NCBI GenBank assembly: GCA_964542785.1
Contig: CAZIUK010000002.1
Span: 49,927-113,926, forward strand
Length of the DNA stretch: 64,000 nt
Reading direction: 5' to 3'
Origin: an uncultured Planctomycetales bacterium
Lineage (GTDB): Bacteria; Omnitrophota; Gorgyraeia; Gygaellales; Profunditerraquicolaceae
Each line of letters opens with the position of its first letter. The first letter of the stretch is position 1. Positions 51,232 to 60,500 of the stretch are shown here, piece by piece. Under the pieces are notes generated by a model. That model had not been told where the DNA came from. It saw only the letters and a list, made by a program, of their open reading frames with translations, and ran no database searches. The translations under genes and the position numbers were made by a program.

Positions 51232-52698
51232 TTATATCTGTATTTCTCCCTTAGTAGCCGCAGCCTCCCACTTATTAATCCCATCCATAACATCCTTAAA
51301 ACAAAGCTTTGCTAAAGGGTCAAAATTACTCTCCATAATGCGGTTTATGCGCCCGGGTTTAGAGAAGAACTCACGCATACACCAAGCACCTAGGCGCCCT
51401 AGGTCTTCTATAGTTAAGTGGTCTGTAGGAATAACCGGATGCAAGAAGTCCCAAGTAGAAAAGTCAACCTTTCTAGGGTCAACCCAACCTTTCTTTAAGG
51501 CGATCCTCCACATCGGAGAATTAGGAGCCGGAGTAACGTAACCAACCCACATTATATCCGGGTCAACGCTATCGGTAAATTCAAAACGCTGTTTTATAAT
51601 CTCTTCAGTATCATAATCAAAACCCATCATGATATCGGCGACAATAGCAATATCATTTTTACGCAAAATATCTATGGTCTTTTGAATCTGCTCTAAGGTT
51701 ATCCCTTTTGCAATCTTTTTTAACTCTGACTGAGTTGTTACCTCAATCCCAAAAACTCCCATAAACAAACCGTTCTCTTTCATAATCGGGACTATTGATT
51801 CGCAATTAACCCAATCAATCGCTCTACCCAAAGAGACCCATTTAATCGGATTGCCTGATGCTTTTTTTAATTCGCAGAACTTTTTAACCCGCTCAGGGTC
51901 GACATTAAAATTATCATCCTGTATAACTACGACTTTTACCCCGTATTTCTTATGCAACAACTCTAATTCCTCCATCACTCTCTCTGGAGATTTGGCCCGC
52001 CACTTAAGGAAATCCGACGGTGAACGCGGATCAAATTGATCCCACTCATAACAAAACGTGCACGCCGAAGGACAGCCCCGGGAAGTCACCATATCCACAA
52101 AAGGCTTCCAATAAGTATGCCCGACATATTTATCCATAGGAAATAAATCATAGGCGGGTAAGGGCAATTTGTCTAAATCCTCCATCAAAGGCTTATGCGG
52201 GCCCATAACAATATTGCCATCAACGCGCGAGGTAACCCCGGCTACATCTTTTAAAGGTTTATTCTTATCAATCGCCTCAATTAAATCCCCAAATGACTCT
52301 TCCTCTGCCATAACTACAAAGTCAACCTCGGGGTTATCTTCTAAAGTAGGCACAGGCATCGCTGAATACCATAAACCTCCTAATATTATCTTTGTTTTCG
52401 GTAAAACCTTTTTAATCCCTACAGCCGCATCTTTAAAGTGGCGTAAAACGCCATATCCACCATAACCATGCAACTGCTCCCCCATAACAACAATATCCGG
52501 GTTTTTTTGCTTTACAATCTCAATAAGCTGCTCCATAGGAATCTGCTCAGCCTTGCCGTCTAAGACCTCAACATCCGAATACCCGCGCGTCTCTCTTATA
52601 TATGCTGCCCAATGCGCATAAAGTTGATTTGGCGACCTATGAATACCGTGCGTTGCCCACGCGCCTACCTTGGGCATAACAAATAGTATCTTCATCAC
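51232..52698 (-). CDS. B12-binding (class B) radical SAM enzyme
   Basis: An N-terminal Rossmann-like cobalamin-binding domain is followed by TSRGCPSACTFC (CxxxCxxC). The length is 488 aa. Confidence 0.8.
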   Translation of the reverse strand: MMKILFVMPKVGAWATHGIHRSPNQLYAHWAAYIRETRGYSDVEVLDGKAEQIPMEQLIEIVKQKNPDIVVMGEQLHGYGGYGVLRHFKDAAVGIKKVLPKTKIILGGLWYSAMPVPTLEDNPEVDFVVMAEEESFGDLIEAIDKNKPLKDVAGVTSRVDGNIVMGPHKPLMEDLDKLPLPAYDLFPMDKYVGHTYWKPFVDMVTSRGCPSACTFCYEWDQFDPRSPSDFLKWRAKSPERVMEELELLHKKYGVKVVVIQDDNFNVDPERVKKFCELKKASGNPIKWVSLGRAIDWVNCESIVPIMKENGLFMGVFGIEVTTQSELKKIAKGITLEQIQKTIDILRKNDIAIVADIMMGFDYDTEEIIKQRFEFTDSVDPDIMWVGYVTPAPNSPMWRIALKKGWVDPRKVDFSTWDFLHPVIPTDHLTIEDLGRLGAWCMREFFSKPGRINRIMESNFDPLAKLCFKDVMDGINKWEAAATKGEIQI

Positions 52699-52743
52699 TC
52701 CTCCTTCTTGGGGACACCCGTAGCTTTAATAGGTTGGATGTTC

Positions 52744-53976
52744 CTAATTAAACTTTTCTACTACTAATACTGCGTTAATTCCGCCTCTGCCGCGCGAGAT
52801 TACTAAAGCCCTATTAATCTTATATTCTTTAGCCTCTCTACTAATATAATTAAGTCCATTTAAAGCAGGTGAATCTAAATTAACTGTTGGCGGAACTAAA
52901 CCATTCTCCATCGCTAAGGTAGTAGCGATTAAATCAACTACGCCGGAGGCGCCTAACAAATTACCGAACATTGATTTAGGACAACTAACCGGAATATCTT
53001 TGGCCCTCTCTCCAAAAACATCCTTTATTGCCTCCACCTCAGAATTATCCCATAAATCAACTGCCAAGCCATCTAAGCTAATATAATCTATGTCTGAAGG
53101 GACTACTTTAGCATCTAAGAGTGCCTCCTTTATCGCCCGGGCAAGCTCTTTCCCGTCGCTTGCGCAATTTATCCGGTCAACTCCGTCACAAGTAGTCGCA
53201 TACCCTGAAATCAAAGCGAATATATTGGCTTTGCGGGATTTTGCCCTCTTTATACTCTCCATAACCACAACCCCTGAGCCTTCACCTATAACGCAACCAC
53301 TACGGCTCTTATTAAAAGGCCTGTAGGCTTGCTGGGGCTTTGAATTATCTTTGGAGAGCGCGCCATAAGTATTACAACATAAAAGCGCATAAGGAGTAAC
53401 CGGCGCTTCCATCCCCCCGGCAAGGATAAAATTCAATTTATTCTTTAATAATACTTTTTTAGCATAACCTAAGGCCATCAAAGAGCTAGCGCGATCGGCA
53501 ACGACTGTCTTTGAGAACCCCTTAATCCCATAGTAAATTGACACCTGTCCTTGCGGAGCCGCTGGAAACCACGCAGACGCCATATAAGGAGAGACCCCCT
53601 CTCTTCCTTCAATATACATATCCCTAAGCTCAGTCTCGGCGTAAAGCCACCCTCCAATAGCATTGCCTAAAAATATGCCTACTAAATTCGGATCTTCGCT
53701 TTTAATATCAATACCGGAATCTTGCAAGCTCATCTCTGCAGCAACTAAGGCCATGTGTGAAAAGACATCGATTTTCTTTAAGAGCCGCTCTGAGATATGA
53801 CTATATTTTTCTAAATCGTCAATCTGCCCGGCAATACGCGAAGGGTATTTAGAGGCGTCAAATCGAGTAATCTCTTTTATAAAAGACCTACCGCTTTTTA
53901 TATTCGCCCAAAACTGCCTCTTACCTATCCCAGAAGGAGTTACAACCCCTAAACCTGTTATTGCAATCTTATCCAC
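52744..53976 (-). CDS. ketosynthase-like chain-length-factor (KS-beta/CLF-type) protein lacking the Cys-His-His triad
   Basis: The fold is full-length KAS I/II, but the active-site position reads VVADRASS (Arg where FabF has ATACTSG Cys). The first His is absent (LDGLAVD) and the second is replaced (KSMFGNLLG, His to Asn). It has a GTG start with an AAGGAGA Shine-Dalgarno and overlaps the KS gene by 8 nt. Confidence 0.7.
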   Translation of the reverse strand: MDKIAITGLGVVTPSGIGKRQFWANIKSGRSFIKEITRFDASKYPSRIAGQIDDLEKYSHISERLLKKIDVFSHMALVAAEMSLQDSGIDIKSEDPNLVGIFLGNAIGGWLYAETELRDMYIEGREGVSPYMASAWFPAAPQGQVSIYYGIKGFSKTVVADRASSLMALGYAKKVLLKNKLNFILAGGMEAPVTPYALLCCNTYGALSKDNSKPQQAYRPFNKSRSGCVIGEGSGVVVMESIKRAKSRKANIFALISGYATTCDGVDRINCASDGKELARAIKEALLDAKVVPSDIDYISLDGLAVDLWDNSEVEAIKDVFGERAKDIPVSCPKSMFGNLLGASGVVDLIATTLAMENGLVPPTVNLDSPALNGLNYISREAKEYKINRALVISRGRGGINAVLVVEKFN

Positions 53977-55231
53977 TATATCTCCTTAATATCAATGAAG
54001 AGTGTATCCCGGAAAAACCACTACTAGTTTTTAAAATAGTATTTACTTTTTTTTCTATCGCTTGATTCGGTATATAATACAAATCACACTGCGGGTCCTT
54101 CTCCTCCTGATTGATTGTAGGAGGCAAAAGGTTTTTTTCAAAAATCATTGAGGCAATAGTCATCTCAATTGCGTTTGCCGCTGCCAAAGGATGCCCAATC
54201 ATAGACTTAAAAGAACTAATGGGTAAGCTATAAGCATACTCTCCGAAAATCTCCTTATAAGCGCTTGTCTCAAATATATCATTCATCCGGGTTGATGAGC
54301 CATGCGCGTTTATATAATCAATCTCTTTTGACTTAATCCCTGCGTCTTTAAGGGCTAAAGATATACAAGTCTCCATCGCCTGCCCATCGGAAGGAAGGTC
54401 GGTCATATGAAAGGCATTGCAGCTTGTACCAAATCCTAAAACCTCGCAATATATAGGCGCGTTACGCTTTAAGGCATGGCCTAATTCTTCTAATATCAAA
54501 ATACCTGCTCCTTCTGAGAGAACAAATCCGTCACGCTTATTATCAAACGGACGAGATGCCTTTTGCGGATCATCATTATGCACGGATAAAACATTTACTA
54601 CGTCAAAAGCACCAAAGGTTATCGGTGTAATCGGCGCCTCCGCTGCGCCACAAATCATAATATCACACTCTCCATCTTGAATAGACTCTAAACCAAACCC
54701 CAAAGAGTCTGTCCCAGCAGTACATCCTGTTGAAAGGGTGCTACAACTTCCTCTTAACTTATATTTAGAGGATAACTCTATAGAAGGAGTATTAAACATC
54801 GCAGCGTCATAAAGATCAGGACGTACCTTTGAAGGATCTATGGGATTCTTCCCATCATCTGTAACAAGCGCAAACTCCTCCTCCATATACTTTGTCCCGC
54901 AGATAGCATTAGCCAAACAAACCCCAATACGCCTAGGGTCTTCTTTATTAAAATCCAAACCGCTATCCTTTACTGCCATATCTGCAGCAACTACCCCGAA
55001 TTGCACATACCTATCCATGCGCATAGCCTCTTTATGAGTTAAACCCAATTTAAAAGGGTCAAAATCACGTACCTCTGCGGCAATCTTGGTATTAAATATA
55101 GAGACGTCAAACCCATCAACGCGCTCTACCCCAGACTTACCTGATACAAACCCCTCCCAAGCAGATTTCTTCCCTATGCCGTTAGGAGATATAACCCCTA
55201 TGCCTGTAATAACTACTCTGCGTTTATTCAT
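53969..55231 (-). CDS. beta-ketoacyl-ACP synthase (active KS-alpha/FabF-like)
   Basis: STGCTAGTDS (active Cys), NAHGSST and KSMIGHPLAAA (both His) are present. The start is moved to the ATG at 55231 (MNKRRVVITGIGVIS); the track start is TTG and overlaps the upstream gene. Confidence 0.8.
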   Translation of the reverse strand: MNKRRVVITGIGVISPNGIGKKSAWEGFVSGKSGVERVDGFDVSIFNTKIAAEVRDFDPFKLGLTHKEAMRMDRYVQFGVVAADMAVKDSGLDFNKEDPRRIGVCLANAICGTKYMEEEFALVTDDGKNPIDPSKVRPDLYDAAMFNTPSIELSSKYKLRGSCSTLSTGCTAGTDSLGFGLESIQDGECDIMICGAAEAPITPITFGAFDVVNVLSVHNDDPQKASRPFDNKRDGFVLSEGAGILILEELGHALKRNAPIYCEVLGFGTSCNAFHMTDLPSDGQAMETCISLALKDAGIKSKEIDYINAHGSSTRMNDIFETSAYKEIFGEYAYSLPISSFKSMIGHPLAAANAIEMTIASMIFEKNLLPPTINQEEKDPQCDLYYIPNQAIEKKVNTILKTSSGFSGIHSSLILRRYSG

Positions 55232-55235
55232 AAGA

Positions 55236-55835
55236 TTATCTTTTCTCCTCGTCAATCCTCGTTACCTTAAAGACTATATTCCCTCCATCAGGACAAGTGA
55301 CTGTATCTATTGAATTAGGGTCTTGCATGAAGAAAAATTTTGCCCCGAAGTTTAATGCAAAGAGCGCCGGAAAAGCGCAATGAAAAGCAGCCCCGCAAAA
55401 ATTTGGGATAGTCTTTAACCCTTGCGTCTCCCACCTATCCCCTACTTTATACCCATAAGAACATTTGCCCTTAGCCTTAACTACTTCAATAATCATCTTT
55501 TTAGGGTTTGGGCCCTTATGCCTTAAGTCCTTAGCGACAAACTCTACATTCCCCTGCTTGTCAAGTATCTCTGCTTGAAACTCCAACTTACCTCCGTCAG
55601 GGCAGGTAACCAAAAGTGACCTCTGGTTTTCTCTAAACCCGAATTTTGCCCCAAAACTTAAAGCATAGATAACCGGGAATAAAGCATGCGCTAAACCTAA
55701 ACAAAAATGCTTTGGAGGATGGGTAAAATCTTCTAAGATAATCTCATCCCCCTTTTTATAGCCATGGTAGCATTCGCCAAATACATTAGTTACGGTTAAC
55801 TTTAATTTAGGAAAGGGCGTCTTAACTTCTCTCAT
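55236..55835 (-). CDS. tandem-duplicated Cys/His-rich domain protein (two TIGR04076-like ~95-aa repeats), probable metal-binding, function unknown
   Basis: Repeat 1 is GECYHGYKKGDEI...HFCLGLAHALFPVIYALSFGAKFGF...VTCPDGGKLEF. Repeat 2 is GKCSYGYKVGDRW...NFCGAAFHCAFPALFALNFGAKFFF...VTCPDGGNIVF. Confidence 0.4.
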   Translation of the reverse strand: MREVKTPFPKLKLTVTNVFGECYHGYKKGDEIILEDFTHPPKHFCLGLAHALFPVIYALSFGAKFGFRENQRSLLVTCPDGGKLEFQAEILDKQGNVEFVAKDLRHKGPNPKKMIIEVVKAKGKCSYGYKVGDRWETQGLKTIPNFCGAAFHCAFPALFALNFGAKFFFMQDPNSIDTVTCPDGGNIVFKVTRIDEEKR

Positions 55836-55836
55836 T

Positions 55837-56844
55837 TTAATTTAAATACTCCTTTACGTTTTCTAAAAACTCGTCCTTATTTAAAAACCTTCTACTCGTC
55901 TCAACCTGATGAACCATACTGACTAATCTACTATTAAGCCCAGCGGATAAATTACTCTCTTTGGCTAAAGAGACAAACTCTCCGTTTATGAAATCTACCT
56001 CTGAAAGCCTATTGCGCTTTATACTCTGCAGGATAGACCCGTATAAAGCCTCTTTACTTAACTTTATCATCATCCCTGAATATATCCTTGCTGCCTCTTC
56101 TAAGGGGATAGAGATAAGTTTAGTTATATTCTCTAAAGGAAACCCCGGAAGAGAAGTAAGCCTGATACCTGATTTTGATATAATATCAAAACCTTCCCGC
56201 AAAATGTTAATACTTACCCTGCTTACCATTATATCAGAAAAAGCCTCCTGCATACTTATCCCCAGTATAGCAGGGATACAATTATTGGCATTTACAAAAA
56301 TCTTTAAGTATTTCATCCCTATTATATCTTCGCTTATAACGACAGGAAAGGCCTTATCTAAAGCTTTACTTAACGCAACTATTTTTTCATCTATACTACT
56401 ATTTGAAAGCTTACCTAAAATCCAACTCCCTTCAAAATTATGCACCACCTCTGCGGGCTTAAGATAAGTAGAACCAAACATAACAATGCTTGGAATAATA
56501 TTCTCTACAGGAAGATATTTAGATACAATCTTTTCCGCCTGAACTCCGTTTTGAGTAGTAATGATAATAGCGTTTTTAAACAACTCTAAATTACTCTCTA
56601 AGGCTCCCTGAATATCCTGCGTCTTAGTCGCTAAGACTACCACCTCTGCAAAAAAATCTACCTTCTCCTCTATAGGAATATCTACCTTAAAATTACCCCT
56701 TACCCCGGATATACTTATCCCTTTTTTGCGTATAGCAGTAATTGAATCACCCCGGCCGATTAATAATACATCTTCCCCTTTTAACTTAAGATACCCTGCG
56801 ACCAAAGCGCCGATTGCACCTGAACCAATGACTGTTATTCTCAT
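55837..56844 (-). CDS. 2-dehydropantoate 2-reductase (ApbA/PanE) family NAD(P)H oxidoreductase
   Basis: ITVIGSGAIG (Rossmann), VVLATKTQD and the C-terminal SILQSIKRNRLSEVDFINGEFV block are the PanE signature. Confidence 0.65.
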   Translation of the reverse strand: MRITVIGSGAIGALVAGYLKLKGEDVLLIGRGDSITAIRKKGISISGVRGNFKVDIPIEEKVDFFAEVVVLATKTQDIQGALESNLELFKNAIIITTQNGVQAEKIVSKYLPVENIIPSIVMFGSTYLKPAEVVHNFEGSWILGKLSNSSIDEKIVALSKALDKAFPVVISEDIIGMKYLKIFVNANNCIPAILGISMQEAFSDIMVSRVSINILREGFDIISKSGIRLTSLPGFPLENITKLISIPLEEAARIYSGMMIKLSKEALYGSILQSIKRNRLSEVDFINGEFVSLAKESNLSAGLNSRLVSMVHQVETSRRFLNKDEFLENVKEYLN

Positions 56845-56847
56845 GAT

Positions 56848-57108
56848 TTAAGACTTAGGGAAGCCGTATTTCTTATAATCAAACCCGGTTTGCTCTAGGA
56901 GCCTTACCATTAAGCTATAAAATGGTGAAGGGACCCCGGAGAAAAAAGCAGATACTACATCCTGCTCCTCCACGTAAACAGACTCTCTCTTCCTTGCGCT
57001 CTCTTCAGCTGTCCTAACTACTACCTCTTCGGTAATACGACGGTGAAATAAGGGCATTTTTGAGATAAATAACTGAAACTTCTTCTTTGTGTTTTGGTCC
57101 CAATTCAT
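56848..57108 (-). CDS. small PCP_red-like (ChlB C-terminal-domain-like) protein, tentative
   Basis: MPLFHRRITEEVVVRTAEESARKRESVYVEEQDVVSAFF resembles the P-F-F-V-R...E..AR.RG...I..E.....A.F pattern of the protochlorophyllide-reductase 57-kDa C-terminal domain. The ribosome-binding site is weak. Confidence 0.3.
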   Translation of the reverse strand: MNWDQNTKKKFQLFISKMPLFHRRITEEVVVRTAEESARKRESVYVEEQDVVSAFFSGVPSPFYSLMVRLLEQTGFDYKKYGFPKS

Positions 57109-57124
57109 AATTCAATAACTAAAC

Positions 57125-57190
57125 TTAGTTAACCTAATATAGTAAAATTTTACTATATTAATGACAAGATTATTTTATAGTCATTGATAC
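57125..57190 (-). promoter_or_regulatory. sigma70-like promoter (-35 TTGACA, 17-nt spacer, -10 TAAAAT) followed by a 26-bp perfect palindromic operator
   Basis: Minus-strand reading gives TTGACA at 57190-57185 and TAAAAT at 57167-57162. The palindrome TAATATAGTAAAATTTTACTATATTA (57125-57150) lies between the -10 and the first start codon at 57108. Confidence 0.4.
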
Positions 57191-57305
57191 TGTCTGTCAA
57201 GGAATTTTGGGATTCTTAAAACTTAAAGAGAGGTAAATCCTATAACCAAAACTTTTCCAAGAAAACAGATATATTTAAGTAGGTAACCTATTAATGGTTT
57301 GATCT

Positions 57306-57596
57306 TTAAGCTACCTCTTCTAGAGGCAAGACAAAGGCCTTTATCCCTTCATGACTACTCTTACCCTTTAATTCCTTTATCTTAACAAGCATCTCTTTTA
57401 ATTGGCTATCCTGACAGGCTATATAAAGAATATTATTTAGCCCCGGCCAAATATCCGTTCCAAGATGCGTTCCGCTTGTCTCTCCGCAGCCAAAGACTCC
57501 AGAGGTCTTAGTGTAACCTTTTACCTTTGCTTCATCTAGTATCTCCATTACTTCGTCATCCAAAACTTCATTATATACGACCATCAGCATTTTCAT
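57306..57596 (-). CDS. PII-like (GlnB-fold) small protein coupled to the RND pump
   Basis: It is 96 aa. The predicted beta-alpha-beta-beta-alpha-beta pattern and the GxxG loop (GVFGCGETSG) resemble PII-like proteins. It overlaps the RND stop by 4 nt. Confidence 0.4.
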   Translation of the reverse strand: MKMLMVVYNEVLDDEVMEILDEAKVKGYTKTSGVFGCGETSGTHLGTDIWPGLNNILYIACQDSQLKEMLVKIKELKGKSSHEGIKAFVLPLEEVA

Positions 57597-60500
57597 GATA
57601 CCCCCTCTTTTCTAAACGCCTTTTTACGGTGAAATACCGCATAAAGAGTAGGGACTAGAAGCATAGTAACAAAGGTAGATACCGAAAGCCCGCTTATCAT
57701 AGTAATCCCTAAAGGCTGCCAAGTCTCAGAGCCTGAGCCGCGCGATAAGGCCAAAGGCAGAAGCCCTACTAACGTAGTTATCGTCGTCATAAGCACAGGC
57801 CTTAACCTATCCTTTCCTGCGGAAGTTACTGCCTCATACATAGAAAAACCTCGGGCGCGCAATATATTTATATAACTTATCAAGACAATCGCATTATTCA
57901 CAACTATACCCATAAGCATGACTATGCCTAAAAAGGTATTAATACTTAAATATGTCCGAGTAAGAACAAACCCGAGTATTACCCCTACAAAGGTAAATGG
58001 TATAGAAAACATTACAATAAAAGGGTCAAGCAAAGACTCAAACTGCCCAGCCATAACCATATAGACTAAGACTATGCCTAATATAAGTAGCAGGGTTAAA
58101 TCCTTAAACGCCTTCTGCTGCTCCTCTACCTCCCCGCCAAAACTAACAATAATATCAGGAGGAATTACGATTTTACTTAATTCTTTTTTTAAATCCTCTA
58201 CAATCTTGCCCGGAGAACGCATATAAGTATTACATTCAACGCTTACTACTCTCTCTCTATTTTGACGCTCTATTGTCTCAGGCCCGCTTGTTTCATAAAT
58301 CTTTGCTACGTTACTTAATCTAACTAACTTTCTAAGGTTGTTTTTTACATTATAAGTAGCTGCCTCCACCCGGGCAAAAGGGACATTCTCTTCAGGCAAA
58401 GGAGGTATAATAAAAAGGTTGTCTAAATCTTCTAATTTTGAGCGTGAGGATTCTTCAAGCCTTACATATATATCATAGGTCTTGCCTTTCTCTCTATACT
58501 TTGTAGCAGTTGCTCCCTGGATATAGGCCTTTAATGTCTCTGAAACTGTATGCATATCAAGCCCAAGGCTAGATGCCTTCTCCCTATCCACATCAATCCT
58601 TAATTCCGGACGATTTGCCTCACGGGATACGCTTACATCAACTGCCCCGGGAATCTTCTCTAAAATTAACCTTATTTTTTCAGCTAAGGCATCCGTCTCT
58701 TCAAAAGAGTACCCTACAATATCTAATTGCACCCTTTTCCCCCCGGTACCGGCAATCATCTTACCTAAAGGGCTTCCTGTGGTTATGTCCGTCTTTAGAA
58801 CTCCAGGAATAACCTTAATTTTTTCCCTGACTATCTGGCCAATCTCTTTAGAAGAGCGCTTCCTCTCTTCCTTTGGTATCAACCTAGCGCCCGCAGAGAT
58901 AATATGTGTCCCGGAAGCTCCTCCCATAAGCCTTCCTACTCCGGTCATTGTCCCACTTCTAGAATAATAAAATTTTGCTTCTGGGATATCTACTTCTAAT
59001 ATCTCCTCTATCCTCCGAGCTACCTTATCCGTCTCCTCAACCCTAGTCCCTATGGGTAAATACACCGTAAGCCTAATATCCCCGGAATCTTCCTCAGGGA
59101 CAAACTCACTTCCTACCAAGGGCAAAAGCATCAAACTAAAAATAAACGCTCCGATAAATCCTATAAGAATAAGTTTTTTATGGTTTAAGCAAAAACCTAA
59201 AGTCTTGCCGTATAAGTTCTCCCAGTTAACAAACCATTTTTCAGAGACCTGATATAATTTAGACAAAAAACCGGCTTTTCTTTCTTTAATACGCAAGAAT
59301 TTTGAACAGAGCATAGGAGTAAAAGTAAGGGAGGTAAATAAAGAGGCAATTAAAGTTACTGAGACTACCATCGCCAAAACCCCAAACATAATCCCTATTA
59401 CCCCAGGGATAAAGAGCATCGGTAGGAAGACTACTAATGTAGTTAAAGTAGAGGCACCTATCGCTAGAAAAAGCTCTGAGGTCCCAAATATCGCTGCTTC
59501 AGATGGACGATTACCGCGTTCAATCTTACGATAAACATTATCTACAACTACAATAGCATTATCTACAATCATCCCAGTAGCAATAGCCAAGGATGATAAA
59601 CTTATAACATTAATCGTCCCCTTACTTAAAAATAGGTATATAAATGCGGCTAAAAGAGAAAAGGGAAGTGTCAATGCAATTATCAAGCTTGGGGTAAACG
59701 CCCTTAAGAAAAACCAGACGACCAAAATAACTAATACTATGCCTACCCAAACCGAAGATTTAAGAGAATCAAGCGATTCAATAATATTCTGTGAGGTATC
59801 AAATATAATATTTAATTTTACATCGGCAGGGAGAACTTTTTCTACTTCCTTAAGCTTATCTTTAACGCGCCCGGCTACCTCAACTGTATTGGTCCCGGTT
59901 TGCTTTTGAACCATAAGCATAATCCCGCGTTTTTTATTAATACGAACGTATCCTGTCTCTTCCTTAAAGCTATCTTCAACCCTTGCCACATCTTTTAAAT
60001 AAATTAGCCTATTGTTGCGCTTACCGAGAATTAATAAATTAATCTCTTCAGGCTTGGCAAATTCACCGGGGAGTCTAATAAGATAATCTGTTAACCCGGT
60101 CTTTAAATTCCCCACCGGCTGGGTTATGTTTTCATACTTTAGCTTGTTTTTAATATCAAGTATAGAGAAACCATAACTCTCTAAGCGTTGTCTATCTATC
60201 CAGATATTTATCTGCCGCTCCAACCCTCCTCCTTGAATCTGCACTGTCCCTACACCAGGAATCTGCTTTAATACGTCGCCTATTCTCTTATCTACGATAT
60301 CATAAAGGTCAGGGTAACTCTGGTCGGCAGTTACTCCGATATAAATAATGGGGATATTGGCAGTATTAAACTTAAATATCATCGGGTTATCCATCTCTTC
60401 GGGAATATCCGGTAAAAATCTCTTTGCCCTATCTATCCTATCGCGGATATCATTTGAAGCCTCATCAAGATTTGTCCCCCAAATAAACTTTAATCTTATA

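Noticed and set aside
52744-53976. The catalytically dead KS as a pseudogene.
   Set aside because: The ORF is full length with a strong ribosome-binding site and translational coupling to the active KS. Its substitutions are the pattern expected of a CLF-type partner rather than random decay.
57109-57305. A rho-independent terminator ending the efflux operon before the biosynthetic cluster.
   Set aside because: No GC-rich hairpin with a T-tract was found in this AT-rich spacer. The only strong symmetric element is the 26-bp AT palindrome, which is better explained as a protein-binding operator.
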